64,000 nt of DNA from Candidatus Pampinifervens sinense (GCA_037927135.1 JAXSPP010000005.1:64001-128000); one strand, 5' to 3'. Counted from the stretch's first letter, positions 20,646-31,281 are shown. The notes: a model not told the origin generated them from the sequence alone. Numbers and translations: made by a program.

Positions 20646-21125
20646 TTAGTTTAACATAGCCAATATTTGATGTTTGAGTATATGGGCTGGCTTGTAGTCT
20701 GGAGCTAGCCTTATGGCGTTTTCTATTTCCAATAGAGCGTCTTTAAACATGCCCTTCATAAGGTAGACCTTGGCCAGGTTCATATGAGGATAGTGCCTAG
20801 GCTCATACCTTTTGGCCGATATGGCTCTTTTGAGCCAAGGAATGGCTTCATCCAACCTTCCCAAAGCTATAAGATAGGACCCTATGTCGTTGTAGGGATT
20901 TCCAAACTCTGGGTCTATCTCTATGGCCTTAAGGCAAAGCTCTATGGCCTTTTCAAAATCTCCGAGCATGCTGTAAGCCCATCCCATGTATGTATAGGCC
21001 TCTGCTGTAGGCTGTATCTCTATAGACTGCTGATAGAGTTCAATGGCCTTTTTATAGTTGCCAGACATATGCTCCTTTAGAGCCTTCTCTAAAAGTTCCT
21101 TTGCATCCTTCCTTATGTCCCGCAT
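20646..21125 (-). CDS. TPR-repeat protein
   Basis: About four TPR-like helical repeats (AEAYTYMG, AIEIDP.FGNPYNDIG). Confidence 0.85.
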   Translation of the reverse strand: MRDIRKDAKELLEKALKEHMSGNYKKAIELYQQSIEIQPTAEAYTYMGWAYSMLGDFEKAIELCLKAIEIDPEFGNPYNDIGSYLIALGRLDEAIPWLKRAISAKRYEPRHYPHMNLAKVYLMKGMFKDALLEIENAIRLAPDYKPAHILKHQILAMLN

Positions 21126-21180
21126 ATATTTAAATTTATTCCTATCAAAAAACCTTACAATGGTATGCTAAATTGTAGCC

Positions 21181-21975
21181 TCACTCCCATTCCTTCTCTT
21201 TTAAGGAGTTTTCTAAACTCCTAGGAATCTCTGCCTTTATGCCGAAGAGGATCTTAAACTGTAAAGCATTAAGCACAGCTTTTGCCCTAACCGTGTTATT
21301 AAAGAACACATACGTATCCTTATCTCCCTCAAGCTTTTTGATCTTATCCCTTATCTTTTTGAGCTCTTCCAAGGAGTAAAGGTAGTCATGAGGTCTTTCT
21401 GGATCCTTTCCATGCAATCTAATATAGTTTATAGTTCCTACACTCACCCATGGCCCTATTAGAAATTTGCTACCTTTAGGCGCATCTGTGTTTACCAAAG
21501 AAAAGCCTAACTCCTCCAACATTTGATAGAAATCCACCTTTTTAAAGCTCCTATTTCTCACCTCTATCACCCTCGGTATCTCACTAAAGTCTTTAGAGAG
21601 CTTACGAAGGTATTCAAGATTCTCTTCTTTATAGCCAAAGCTTTCTGGAAACTGGAAGAGTAAGGCTATAAACCTGTCCTCTTCAAGGACAGGCTCAATG
21701 CTATACAAGAATTTCTTCACATCCTCTTGCGTATATGTTCTTATATGGGTGAATATTCTATAGGCTTTAAAGGCAAACCTTAAGGTGGAAGTTCTTGACA
21801 ACATGCTTTTAATATTTCCTCTGTTTGGTATGTTATAAAAGGAAGAGTTTATCTCTACAACTTCAAAGTATTTGGAGTAGAATCTGATGTAATCTTCCCT
21901 TTTTAGAAGTGGGGGGTAAAAGCCCCCCACCCAGTCTCTGTAAAAGAAGCCACTACATCCTACATAGACCTTCAA
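21181..21975 (-). CDS. DUF72 family protein
   Basis: [38 protein letters not shown]. Confidence 0.9.
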   Translation of the reverse strand: MKVYVGCSGFFYRDWVGGFYPPLLKREDYIRFYSKYFEVVEINSSFYNIPNRGNIKSMLSRTSTLRFAFKAYRIFTHIRTYTQEDVKKFLYSIEPVLEEDRFIALLFQFPESFGYKEENLEYLRKLSKDFSEIPRVIEVRNRSFKKVDFYQMLEELGFSLVNTDAPKGSKFLIGPWVSVGTINYIRLHGKDPERPHDYLYSLEELKKIRDKIKKLEGDKDTYVFFNNTVRAKAVLNALQFKILFGIKAEIPRSLENSLKEKEWE

Positions 21976-23480
21976 GGTATAAACTTGGACTTAAAGTCCT
22001 TCAAGGCTTGATCTATCTTAGCCTTAAGTTCATCATCAAGGGCTTTTTTCTCCTTTATTTCCTTCAAGATGTCAGGTCTTTCCCTGTCAAGGTAGGCATA
22101 AAGTTCTTTTTCAAACTTTCTTACAGCCTCCACAGGAAGGTCATCTAGGTATCCGTTAGTTCCAGCGTATATAGCTACTATTTGCTTTTCCACAGGTATA
22201 GGATTGTAAGGCTCTTGCTTTAGGAGCTCTACAAGCCTTAGACCCCTGTTTATAACTTGTTGCGTAGCCTTATCTAGCTCTGAAGCGAACTGAACAAAGG
22301 CCTCAAGCTCTCTAAACTGGGCCAAATCTAACCTCAAACTTCCAGCCACTTGCTTCATAGCCTTTATCTGAGCTGCACCACCAACCCTTGAAACGGAAAG
22401 TCCAACGTTTATAGCTGGCCTTATGCCTTTGTTGAAGAGATCTGGCTCAAGATAGATCTGGCCGTCGGTTATGGATATGACGTTGGTGGGAATGTAAGCC
22501 GCCACGTCTCCAGCCTTTGTCTCTATAATTGGCAAGGCTGTAAGGGATCCAGCACCAAGTTCATCGTTTAGCTTTGCAGCACGCTCCAAAAGCCTTGAGT
22601 GAAGATAGAAAACGTCTCCTGGGTATGCTTCCCTACCTGGTGGCCTTCTCATAAGCAAAGAGAGCTGTCTGTAAGCTTCCGCATGCTTAGAAAGGTCATC
22701 GTAGATGATTAGCGCATGCTTTCCGTTATCTCTGAAGTATTCACCTATGGTGCATCCTACAAAGGGCGCAAGGTATTGCAAGGAAGCTGGATCCGTTGCA
22801 GATGCTACCACAACGCACGTATACTCCATAGCACCGCTCTTTTCAAGAAGCTCTATAATTCTAGCCGTTGTTGACCTCTTTTGTCCTATTGCCACATAGA
22901 TACAATAGACGTCTGTGTCCTTCTGGTTTAATATGGTGTCTATACATATGGTTGTCTTTCCTGTAGATCTATCACCTATGATCAGCTCACGCTGACCCCT
23001 CCCTATAGGAATCATAGCATCTATGGCTTTTATACCCGTTTGAAGGGGCTCATGCACAGACTTCCTCTTTACAACACCCGGCGCTATCTTCTCTACAGGA
23101 GACCTGTATTCATACTTTATGGGACCCTTACCATCCAGAGGATTTCCTAAAGGATCTATCACCCTTCCTATAAGACCCTCTCCCACCGGTGCATCCAATA
23201 TTCTTCCCGTCCTTTTCACTATAGAACCTTCCCTTATTCCCGTTTCACGACCAAGGATTATGATACCTACATTATCCTCCTCTAGGTTGAAGGCAAGGCC
23301 CATAGTACCGTCCTCAAACTCCACAAGCTCGTTGGCCATCACATTGTCAAGGCCGTAGGCCCTTGCCACACCATCACCAACATAGTAGACCACACCCACC
23401 TCTTCCATCTTAGCGGAGGCTTCAAACCCCTTTATCTGCTCCCTTAAAAGCTGCAAGGCCTCCTCGTAGGTTATAGCCAT
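21972..23480 (-). CDS. atpA: F0F1 ATP synthase subunit alpha
   Basis: [52 protein letters not shown]. Confidence 0.99.
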   Translation of the reverse strand: MAITYEEALQLLREQIKGFEASAKMEEVGVVYYVGDGVARAYGLDNVMANELVEFEDGTMGLAFNLEEDNVGIIILGRETGIREGSIVKRTGRILDAPVGEGLIGRVIDPLGNPLDGKGPIKYEYRSPVEKIAPGVVKRKSVHEPLQTGIKAIDAMIPIGRGQRELIIGDRSTGKTTICIDTILNQKDTDVYCIYVAIGQKRSTTARIIELLEKSGAMEYTCVVVASATDPASLQYLAPFVGCTIGEYFRDNGKHALIIYDDLSKHAEAYRQLSLLMRRPPGREAYPGDVFYLHSRLLERAAKLNDELGAGSLTALPIIETKAGDVAAYIPTNVISITDGQIYLEPDLFNKGIRPAINVGLSVSRVGGAAQIKAMKQVAGSLRLDLAQFRELEAFVQFASELDKATQQVINRGLRLVELLKQEPYNPIPVEKQIVAIYAGTNGYLDDLPVEAVRKFEKELYAYLDRERPDILKEIKEKKALDDELKAKIDQALKDFKSKFIP

Positions 23481-23491
23481 AATAAACCTCC

Positions 23492-23998
23492 TTAAGGTTT
23501 TGGTAATATTTTAATACAATCTTCGCAGAAGAACCTGCCCTTGTTATCCACTTCCCATAAGCTGTTGGAAAAGTTCATAACACAGCCTGGATTTTTGCAA
23601 TGTGTGAGTCCAAAGGTATGTCCAAGCTCATGGTTTACCTCTTTTAACACCCTACTGAAGTAGATATTCTCCCTTTTATCGTAAAGCCTGTATGTGCTGA
23701 CTAAGGCATACCTTCCACCTAGCTGTGCCAGACCGAAGACAAAGTTCAAACCCTCCTCATAAAGGTCAAAAGGAAAGATAGCTATAAGCTTTAGCATATC
23801 TGGATAGTATACCCTTGATATATACTCTAAAAGGGCCTGTGCCTTGTATTGCCTTCTATAGGGGTTGTAGCCAAGGGAAGGTGGAAGGGCCACATGACAA
23901 AATCTCACTTCAAAGTGAAAGACCTCCTTTACATTTTTTGCAACGGCTAAAAGAAGCCTTTTTTCTATAGAAAACCCCGCTATGTATATGTACATCAA
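23492..23998 (-). CDS. Archaemetzincin-family Zn metalloprotease
   Basis: [21 protein letters not shown]....[15 protein letters not shown]. Confidence 0.9.
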   Translation of the reverse strand: MMYIYIAGFSIEKRLLLAVAKNVKEVFHFEVRFCHVALPPSLGYNPYRRQYKAQALLEYISRVYYPDMLKLIAIFPFDLYEEGLNFVFGLAQLGGRYALVSTYRLYDKRENIYFSRVLKEVNHELGHTFGLTHCKNPGCVMNFSNSLWEVDNKGRFFCEDCIKILPKP

Positions 23999-24972
23999 TA
24001 TCTGCTCCTCAAGCTTCTATACTCCTGAACCTTTCTGTTGTGCTCTTTAAGGTCCTTGCTAAAATGGTGTCCTCCAAAGCCATCGGCTACAAAGTAAAGA
24101 TAATCTACCTTAGCAGGTTCAAGGGCAGCTTTTAGAGATTCTAGGCCTGGATTGCATATGGGGGATGGTGGAAGGCCAAAGTAATAGTATGTGTTGTATG
24201 GATCATCAATGCTTAAGTCTCTTAGGCTTAGCCTACCGTCCCACAAGCCTCTCCTCTTCAAAGCGTATATGACAGTAGGATCTATTTGAAGCTTCATACC
24301 TTTCTTTATCCTATTGTAAATAACCGCAGCCACGAGAGGTCTTTCTTCTGGCCTTGAAGTCTCCTTCTCTATCATAGATGCTATAGCTACCCATTCCTCA
24401 AGGGTAAGGTTTTTCTCATCCAGCCTTTCTCTAAGCTCCTTCGTCCTTCTTAAAAAGTTTTTATGCATAACATCTATTACCCTTAGGGGATGGGTGTTCT
24501 TTGAGAAGAAGTAAGTGTCTGGAAATAGAAAGCCTTCCATTGTGTGGGTCTTTAGACCATATTTCTTTGCCACCTCTTCAGAGTTGGCATACCTTAGAAA
24601 ATCTTCAGAAGAACATATGAGATTTTCTTCAAGGATCCTAGCAATATCATAGATATCCGAGCCTTCCGGTATGGTGATCTTGTATAACTTTTTAAGACCT
24701 TTGCTTATCTTTTCATAAACATCCCAAGGGAAGACTAAACCTTCAAATTCATACTCTCCAGCCTCAAGCTTTCCCTTTTTTAAGCTATGGATAAAAAGAA
24801 AAGAAAGGGGATTTCTTATAAGACCTTCTTCATATAGAGTGAAAGAGATTTCTAAAGTGGATGTTCCATAAGCAATCTCTACAGTCTTCCTCTCTACCTT
24901 TACAGGTGAGAAGGAGTAAGCTATAAGCGAAAAAAGAATAGTCAATAAAAAGGCTAATCTAAGCCTCCTCAT
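23995..24972 (-). CDS. mltG: Endolytic transglycosylase
   Basis: TIPEG, EGFLFPDTY, ASMIEKE, LQIDPTV.Y, PYNTY...GLPP.PI.NPG. Confidence 0.95.
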   Translation of the reverse strand: MRRLRLAFLLTILFSLIAYSFSPVKVERKTVEIAYGTSTLEISFTLYEEGLIRNPLSFLFIHSLKKGKLEAGEYEFEGLVFPWDVYEKISKGLKKLYKITIPEGSDIYDIARILEENLICSSEDFLRYANSEEVAKKYGLKTHTMEGFLFPDTYFFSKNTHPLRVIDVMHKNFLRRTKELRERLDEKNLTLEEWVAIASMIEKETSRPEERPLVAAVIYNRIKKGMKLQIDPTVIYALKRRGLWDGRLSLRDLSIDDPYNTYYYFGLPPSPICNPGLESLKAALEPAKVDYLYFVADGFGGHHFSKDLKEHNRKVQEYRSLRSRY

Positions 24973-25373
24973 AAGCTCTCCAGATATTCCAAAAGTATAG
25001 CATAAGCAGAAAGACTATCCTTTAGCTCCTTCTTCTTCCTCCAGCTTAACCCCTCCATTATACTATAGGCTTCTAGCGTAGTGTATCTCTCATCCCATAG
25101 CTTTATCTCCACATCCTCAGGCAGGTGTTTCCTTAAAGCTTCATAAAAGCTTTTTACTTCCTTGACCCTCTCCCCTTCCCTTCCGGAAGGTGTCAATGGA
25201 AGACCTAAAAGGATTATAGAGATCCCCTGTTCTCTTACCTTCTTTGATATCTCCTCAAATACCTTATTCTCCTTGTTTTCAATACTACCTATAGGTACGG
25301 CTATCTTTAGGTTGGTATCTCCAAGGGCTAGGCCTATACGCCTTTTACCATAATCAATGGCCAGTACTTTCAA
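24969..25373 (-). CDS. ruvX: YqgF/RuvX RNase H-fold protein
   Basis: LAIDYG.RRIG.A, GLP, WDERYTT, DS.SA..IL. Confidence 0.92.
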   Translation of the reverse strand: MKVLAIDYGKRRIGLALGDTNLKIAVPIGSIENKENKVFEEISKKVREQGISIILLGLPLTPSGREGERVKEVKSFYEALRKHLPEDVEIKLWDERYTTLEAYSIMEGLSWRKKKELKDSLSAYAILLEYLESL

Positions 25374-25555
25374 CCCGTTTTTATACCCACCACCTTATAG
25401 AGTGGGCAAAAGCCTATGACGGAAGTGCCTATAAAGATTATCCCAAGTATACCCAGTATCCACCAAGCACCACCCTTTGTAATGGCTAGCCAGAGGAAGA
25501 TAATACCTAACACTATCCTTATTGCCCTGTCCCACATTGCCATGTTCTTTTCCAT
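25370..25555 (-). CDS. DUF2892 (YgaP-like) small membrane protein
   Basis: N...DR.IR, two TM helices, GFCPLY; AGGAGG RBS. Confidence 0.88.
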   Translation of the reverse strand: MEKNMAMWDRAIRIVLGIIFLWLAITKGGAWWILGILGIIFIGTSVIGFCPLYKVVGIKTG

Positions 25556-25585
25556 AGCCTCACCTCCTTAATAAAATAATAAAGC

Positions 25586-26341
25586 ATGAGATCTGTCATT
25601 GCAATGCTTACAGATTTTGGAACAAAAGATGGCTTTGTGGGTGCAATGAAGGGTGTCATACTTACCATAAACCACGAGGCAAAGATAGTTGACATAAGCC
25701 ATGAGGTGGAGCCTTTTAACATCTTACATGGTGCACTTCTTTTAAGGGCTCACTTCTCCTTCTTTCCAAAAGGTACAATCTTCCTGGGTGTGGTGGATCC
25801 TGGCGTAGGCTCCCAAAGGCTTCCCATAGTGGTAAAAACCAAGGAATATATCTTTGTAGGGCCATACAACGGCCTCTTTGACCTTGCCATAAGGGAGATA
25901 GATGGACCAATAGAAGCCTATAGGATTGAAAGGTATACCTTACCGCGTATAAGTCAGACTTTTCATGGTAGAGATGTTTTTGCTTCTGTAGCTGGCCATC
26001 TTAGCATGGGTATAGACCCAAAGGATGTGGGAAGCGCCATAGAGTATAAGCCAATTTTAAAGTGGGAAGATCCGGAGAAAGAGGGAGATATTATAAAGGG
26101 TAAAGTGGTATACTTTGATCGTTTCGGCAATTGTATAACGAATATACCCTGTGGCCATTATAAGGATGGCCTATTTAGGGGAAAGAAACTAAGGATATAC
26201 TCTTACTATCTTGAAGCCAAGGAAGGTGAGCTATCGCTCATATGCGGTAGCTTTGGATTTATGGAACTTTTCATCCCTATGGAGAATGCCAAAGAAAGAT
26301 TAGGTATAAGGCTAGGAGAAGAAGTGTGCGTAAGATGTTGA
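25586..26341 (+). CDS. SAM hydrolase / SAM-dependent halogenase family (DUF62)
   Basis: LTDFG..D.FVG.MKGVI, VVDPGVGS.R, TFHGRDVFA, DRFGNCITN. Confidence 0.92.
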   Translation: MRSVIAMLTDFGTKDGFVGAMKGVILTINHEAKIVDISHEVEPFNILHGALLLRAHFSFFPKGTIFLGVVDPGVGSQRLPIVVKTKEYIFVGPYNGLFDLAIREIDGPIEAYRIERYTLPRISQTFHGRDVFASVAGHLSMGIDPKDVGSAIEYKPILKWEDPEKEGDIIKGKVVYFDRFGNCITNIPCGHYKDGLFRGKKLRIYSYYLEAKEGELSLICGSFGFMELFIPMENAKERLGIRLGEEVCVRC

Positions 26342-26357
26342 AAAAGAACTTAGAATT

Positions 26358-26365
26358 TCCGATAA
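26358..26365 (+). promoter_or_regulatory. Possible sigma28 -10 element upstream of flgM
   Basis: TCCGATAA (consensus GCCGATAA) 7 nt before the flgM ATG; -35 element is weak. Confidence 0.5.
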
Positions 26366-26372
26366 TATAGTT

Positions 26373-26630
26373 ATGATTGATAGGGTAGAGATTCAAAGGA
26401 TATTAAGCAACCTGTTTGAAAGGGAGGAGAAGGTCAAACAGAGAGCATACAGAAGGGAAGAGGGTGTAAAGGTAGAGGTTCAAAAGGAGCTTACAGAAGT
26501 TCACAAGGTAGATTATGAGGACATAAACAAAAAGGTGGAAAGGATAAGGGAGATGTTGGAAAAGGGTGTCTATGATGTGTCTCCTGAAAAGATTCTTATA
26601 GGTCTTGAAAAGTATCTGCTCTCTAAATAG
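26373..26630 (+). CDS. flgM: Anti-sigma28 factor FlgM
   Basis: C-terminal KVERIRE.LEKGVY.V..EKI...L motif; 85 aa. Confidence 0.8.
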   Translation: MIDRVEIQRILSNLFEREEKVKQRAYRREEGVKVEVQKELTEVHKVDYEDINKKVERIREMLEKGVYDVSPEKILIGLEKYLLSK

Positions 26631-27375
26631 CCTCTAGTAGCTCTTTGGTGTATGGATGCTGTGGGTTGTCAAATATCTTTAGAACATCCCCTTCTTCTAC
26701 AATCTGACCATCCTTTAACACTATTACCCTATCTGCTACTTCTGCAACTACACCAAAGTCATGGGTTACAAGAATAACGCTTTTCCCCTCTTCCTTCATA
26801 TCCCTAAACAGCTTCAATATCCTGCTCTGTATTGACACATCCAAAGCGGTTGTTGGCTCATCCGCCAAAACTATTTCAGGATTACACACGGTGGCTATGG
26901 CGATGCATACCCTCTGTTTTAGACCGCCGGAAAGATGGTGGCTATAGCTATTGTATACCCGTTCCGCATCTTGTATGCCAGCCTTCCTTAAAGCCCGCAG
27001 GGCTATCTCTTTTAGCTCCTTACCCTTGACGTTAAAGTGTGCCCTGTAGGCTTCCTCTATTTGCGTGCCTATCTTAAAAAGGGGGTCCAAGTAAGCTGAA
27101 GGCTCTTGAAAAACCATAGAGATATGCCTTCCTCTTATCCTTCTGAACTCACCCTCTGATAGGCCTACAAGCTCCTTTCCCCTGTATTTTATTGATCCAG
27201 TAATCCTCGCATTCTCTGGCAGTAGACCAAGTATAGCATGAAGTATGGAGCTCTTACCAGATCCAGACTCACCAACTATGCACAACACCTCACCCTCTTT
27301 TAGATAAAAGCTTATATCCTTTAGCACATGCCTGCTGTCATACCACAGGTTAAGGTTCTTCACTTCTAGTAGCAT
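26623..27375 (-). CDS. Oligopeptide/nickel-type ABC transporter ATP-binding protein
   Basis: GESGSGKS, SMVFQEP, LSGGLKQR, ADEPTTALD, HPYT. Confidence 0.92.
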   Translation of the reverse strand: MLLEVKNLNLWYDSRHVLKDISFYLKEGEVLCIVGESGSGKSSILHAILGLLPENARITGSIKYRGKELVGLSEGEFRRIRGRHISMVFQEPSAYLDPLFKIGTQIEEAYRAHFNVKGKELKEIALRALRKAGIQDAERVYNSYSHHLSGGLKQRVCIAIATVCNPEIVLADEPTTALDVSIQSRILKLFRDMKEEGKSVILVTHDFGVVAEVADRVIVLKDGQIVEEGDVLKIFDNPQHPYTKELLEAI

Positions 27376-27866
27376 ATGAATTTATCAAAAACGGGCTTCA
27401 TCCTATCGTAAAGTTCATAAAGGTCTTGAGATATTACTTTGGTATCCGCCAGAGTGCCCATAAAGTTCGTATCGCCGAACCATCTTGGAACAAGGTGGAG
27501 GTGTATATGTCCTTCCAAGCCAGCTCCAGCAGCCCTTCCAAAGTTATACCCCATGTTAACGCCATGAGGCCTCATAACTTCTCTTATAGTAAGCAGGCAC
27601 ACCTTGGTAAGTTTGTGTATCTCCATAAGGGTCTCATCGTCCACAGAAAGGTAATCTCCTACATGTTCTATTGGTGCTATCATGAGATGTCCAGGGTTGT
27701 ATGGATATTTGTTGAATATAACGAAGGCCCTTTTGCCCCTATACAGGACAAGATATTCTCTTAGCTTCTCTTCTGGCTGGCTTGCCGCTACACACAAAAA
27801 GCATTCACTTTGCTGATCCACCTTTTCCACATATTGACTCCTCCAAGGTGCCCATAGCAACCTCAT
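27366..27866 (-). CDS. HIT-family protein (Ap4A phosphorylase-like)
   Basis: LWAPWR, CFLC, NKYPYNPGHL, HIHLHLVPRW.GD.NF. Confidence 0.92.
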   Translation of the reverse strand: MRLLWAPWRSQYVEKVDQQSECFLCVAASQPEEKLREYLVLYRGKRAFVIFNKYPYNPGHLMIAPIEHVGDYLSVDDETLMEIHKLTKVCLLTIREVMRPHGVNMGYNFGRAAGAGLEGHIHLHLVPRWFGDTNFMGTLADTKVISQDLYELYDRMKPVFDKFICY

Positions 27867-28192
27867 AACCTTAACAACCTCCTTATAGCCCTCTCTACTT
27901 CCTCTTCAGAGGGCATATAATCGTGCCTCTCTAGTTCCATGGTGTCTCTAAAGTAAAGGATTGTCGGAAAGCTAAAGACTCCTAAGTCTTCCGCGCTTGT
28001 ATTCTTGCTCACATCAAGCCAGTAGAAGTTTACCTTATCACCGTAAAGCCTTTGGTATTTGAGAAGGAGGTTGTAGAATGCCTCGTTTTGTGGATTGTCC
28101 GGTGTAGTAAGTAAGACTACAGCAGGCTTCTCTCCAGCCATAGCCTTATCATAAAAATCTTTATCTTGAAGCTCTTCAAACCCTTCAAACAT
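27863..28192 (-). CDS. Thioredoxin-fold protein without CxxC
   Basis: Thioredoxin-like pattern (GV.SFPTILYF cis-Pro loop) but no cysteine; AGGAGG RBS. Confidence 0.65.
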   Translation of the reverse strand: MFEGFEELQDKDFYDKAMAGEKPAVVLLTTPDNPQNEAFYNLLLKYQRLYGDKVNFYWLDVSKNTSAEDLGVFSFPTILYFRDTMELERHDYMPSEEEVERAIRRLLRL

Positions 28193-28245
28193 GCCTACCT
28201 CCTTGCCTAAAATTATATTACCTCTTTTGCTTTAATATTATTCTT

Positions 28246-29109
28246 ATGAGGTTAAAGGAGTTTTTAAAGGAAAACAACCTAAGCATTGGGGACAATGTAC
28301 GCTTTCTTCTTGATAAGTTGGGTATGTTATCGGAGGATTATCTTAGATTTTTGGAAAACAGCATAGGTGAGGCTGCAAAAATGTCTAAATCTAAGGCCAA
28401 TACGGTGGACCCGGAGGAGGTTGTAAATAAATACGGTGCAGATACTATAAGGTTGTATATACTTTTTGCTGGACCGGTGGAAAAGGATTTTGAATGGACG
28501 GAGGAGGGGCTTCAAGGTGCTTACAGGTTCCTAAGAAGGCTTTGGAACTTTTTTCACACACATCTTGACAGCATAAAGGATATAACCTATACTAGGGAAG
28601 ACTTTAAAGGACTTTCTGGAACTGCCAAGGATATAAGGCGTAAGGTCCATCAAACGTTAAAGAGGTATACTTCTAGCATGGAGGACCTTTCCTTTAATAC
28701 AGCCATAGCGGGCATAATGGAACTGTTAAACGATCTTCAAGAGTTTAACCCAAGCTCACCTCTGGATTATAAGGTACTCAGAGAGGCTCTAGAGATCATC
28801 CTATTTATGCTCTATCCTATCACACCCCATATCTGTGAAGAGCTTTGGCATAAGCTGGGCTACCAACAATCTATGATGTTCTATGCTTTTCCTGATCCTG
28901 ATGAGAAGGCACTTACCCTTGATGAGATAGACTTACCCGTTCAAATAAACGGTAAGCTTAGGGCTGTTATAAGGGTGCCTGTTAATGCGGAAGAGGAGGT
29001 GGTAAAGGAGATAGCTCTAAAGGACCAGAGGGTTGCCCAGTGGGTAAACGGTAAGGAGATAAAGAGGGTAATTTATATAAAGAACAAACTACTTAATCTG
29101 GTGGTGTAG
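28246..29109 (+). CDS. leuS: Leucyl-tRNA synthetase beta subunit (split LeuRS)
   Basis: KMSKSK, YGADTIRLY, FNTAIA, PHICEELW, VQINGKLR; only the C-terminal part of LeuRS, with its own start. Confidence 0.93.
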   Translation: MRLKEFLKENNLSIGDNVRFLLDKLGMLSEDYLRFLENSIGEAAKMSKSKANTVDPEEVVNKYGADTIRLYILFAGPVEKDFEWTEEGLQGAYRFLRRLWNFFHTHLDSIKDITYTREDFKGLSGTAKDIRRKVHQTLKRYTSSMEDLSFNTAIAGIMELLNDLQEFNPSSPLDYKVLREALEIILFMLYPITPHICEELWHKLGYQQSMMFYAFPDPDEKALTLDEIDLPVQINGKLRAVIRVPVNAEEEVVKEIALKDQRVAQWVNGKEIKRVIYIKNKLLNLVV

Positions 29110-29110
29110 G

Positions 29111-29299
29111 ATGGAGGCTCTTGTAGCTCTTCTGATCTTTCTAGGAAAGCTCCTATTGCTTATGATTGCAATAGGTCTTCCTCTCCTGCTTTTGATAGTC
29201 TTCATAGCAGACAAGGTGTATAAAAGGCTTGAACCAAAGTATGAAGAGTGGAGAGAGAAGAAGATCAAGGAACTGGAAAAGGAGGAGAAAAGGATATGA
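29111..29299 (+). CDS. Small hypothetical membrane protein
   Basis: Long hydrophobic N-terminus, charged C-terminus; starts 1 nt after the leuS stop. Confidence 0.6.
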   Translation: MEALVALLIFLGKLLLLMIAIGLPLLLLIVFIADKVYKRLEPKYEEWREKKIKELEKEEKRI

Positions 29300-29320
29300 T
29301 GTTTGTCATAGCTTTTCCTC

Positions 29321-29348
29321 TTGACAGACTTTAAGCACATGCTAATTT
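29321..29348 (+). promoter_or_regulatory. sigma70 promoter of the for operon
   Basis: TTGACA, 16-nt spacer, extended -10 TGcTAATTT. Confidence 0.6.
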
Positions 29349-29379
29349 GTTAATAACCTAAGCTTTAAGGAGGTAAGGC

Positions 29380-30093
29380 ATGCCTGCGGAAGTGTTGCCA
29401 GGTCCAGTGGGTTATATACCAACTCCTGCAGCCTTTGAGGGAGTAGAGCTACCACCACCAGGTAAGGCCTTGCTCTATGGAAGGATAGTGGATGAAGAGA
29501 CTGCTATGAGAGAGGCTGCAAAGGCCTTGCTCACAAGGAGGAATCCTACCATATTCCCTGGTCCACTGGTCCTTTGGGGGTGGAACGCCAGTGCCATGGA
29601 AAAGGCAAAGGCAGTTCTTGAGCTAGCTATGGAGATACCAAACTGCAGGATCATACCTATGCCAGACTACAGGCCCAAGTATCCTAAGATAGACCCTGAA
29701 GCGGAGATCAACCCAAACCATCCAAACCTTACCATACTACACAATAAGATAGAAGTTTGTATCTTTGTAGGAGTTCACTGTCATTATGCAAACCTGTCTT
29801 TGAGGATGATAAGGGCTGGAACCAATTGTTTTACCATAGCCATGTGTGCAGAGATGGGTCATGAGGATGCTATGGTCTCTTTGAGGGATGTGCATGCCGA
29901 TGAGATAAGAAGGTTCAGGGATGTGGTAGTTCAGGTAAGGGAGGAGATGGGTATAAAGTGGGAGCCCAAGCTTCCACCGGAGAACCCATCTTTACCAAAG
30001 GAAGAGTATCAAACCCTTTCTCCCCTTGATTACGGTGAGTATGCTTACCTACTTATCCCCAGAAGGGGAGAACAGATAACAGAAACGGAATAA
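29380..30093 (+). CDS. forD: 2-oxoglutarate:ferredoxin oxidoreductase (For) delta subunit
   Basis: PTIFPGPLVLW, NHPNLTI, GVHCHYAN; first gene of the D-A-B-G-E-F order known from Hydrogenobacter for. Confidence 0.82.
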   Translation: MPAEVLPGPVGYIPTPAAFEGVELPPPGKALLYGRIVDEETAMREAAKALLTRRNPTIFPGPLVLWGWNASAMEKAKAVLELAMEIPNCRIIPMPDYRPKYPKIDPEAEINPNHPNLTILHNKIEVCIFVGVHCHYANLSLRMIRAGTNCFTIAMCAEMGHEDAMVSLRDVHADEIRRFRDVVVQVREEMGIKWEPKLPPENPSLPKEEYQTLSPLDYGEYAYLLIPRRGEQITETE

Positions 30094-30111
30094 AAGTTTG
30101 GAGGTGGTACC

Positions 30112-31281
30112 ATGCCTGAGCAGAGGGTTGTAGATCCAGATTACCTTTTGCTTGAGGCGCCAAGAGAGAGAAAGTTTATAACTGGCGCCCAAGCGATGGC
30201 AGAAGCTGTAAAGCGTGCCAATGTAGATATAGCCATAGCCTACCCTATTACACCCCAGTCGGAGGTTATGCACCTAGTAGGAGATCTATGGGCTCAGGGC
30301 TATTTGAGAGATTACTATAGAGCGGAGGAAGAATACGGTGCTATGTCCGCCATAGCGGGTGCTGTAAGGGGTGGTGCAAGGGCCTTTACAGCTACCTCCG
30401 GTCCTGGTCTTCTGAGGGGGCTTGAGGCTATAGCATCCTGGCCAGGCCACAGAATACCCGCAGTGCTTGGAGTCCTCACAAGGGTCGTCAATGCACCCCT
30501 CTCCATACAGCCAGACAACATAGAGATAGCTTATCTTTTGAACTGTGGAATAATCGTTCTTCATGCGGAAAACCAGCAAGATGTCTTTGACTTTACCCTT
30601 GCGGGCTTTGTCATATCCGAAAAGGTGGACGTATACATACCTGTAGCCGTCTGCACGGAAGGCTTCTTTGTTACACACGCCAAGGGCTATGTGAACATGA
30701 CACCGGAGGATATGAAGCTTCCTCCAAGGGATCCTTACAAGGCACCCGTGCCACCAACGGACTGTGAAATACCTCCCGCAAGGATTCAGAGGGATGCACC
30801 AGTTCAAAAATCCAACTTTATGAGCTATCTTATACACGCCGTATGGCAACAGGAGGTTTGGGCTTCCAACCTTCGTGCCATGAAATACATTTATAAGTAC
30901 TTGGGTGGACCAATAGAGGTGGTGAACCCAGATGCAGAGGTCTTTATAGTAGCCTCTGGATGTGCTGCAGCTCAGGGAAGGGAAGCTGTAAGGTATGCTC
31001 AGATGGAAGGACTTAACGTGGGCCTTGTTAAGGTGAAATCTATAAGGCCCTTCCCAGAGAAGGAGATAAGGCAGATACTCTCAAAGGCTAAGGCAGTGAT
31101 AGTGCCGGAGCACAACATAATAGGATGGCTTGCAAAGGAGATAAAGGCATGCATACCGGATAACGATAAGGTGATAGGTGGTCCAAGGGTGTACGGTGGC
31201 ATGACCTTGCCTGTGGAGCTTATCATGGAGAAGATTTATGAAGTCTTTGGCATAAAGAAGGAAAAGAAGGTAGTTGTGTAA
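30112..31281 (+). CDS. forA: 2-oxoacid:ferredoxin oxidoreductase alpha subunit
   Basis: AYPITPQSE, E.E..AMSA, TATSGPG. Confidence 0.88.
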   Translation: MPEQRVVDPDYLLLEAPRERKFITGAQAMAEAVKRANVDIAIAYPITPQSEVMHLVGDLWAQGYLRDYYRAEEEYGAMSAIAGAVRGGARAFTATSGPGLLRGLEAIASWPGHRIPAVLGVLTRVVNAPLSIQPDNIEIAYLLNCGIIVLHAENQQDVFDFTLAGFVISEKVDVYIPVAVCTEGFFVTHAKGYVNMTPEDMKLPPRDPYKAPVPPTDCEIPPARIQRDAPVQKSNFMSYLIHAVWQQEVWASNLRAMKYIYKYLGGPIEVVNPDAEVFIVASGCAAAQGREAVRYAQMEGLNVGLVKVKSIRPFPEKEIRQILSKAKAVIVPEHNIIGWLAKEIKACIPDNDKVIGGPRVYGGMTLPVELIMEKIYEVFGIKKEKKVVV

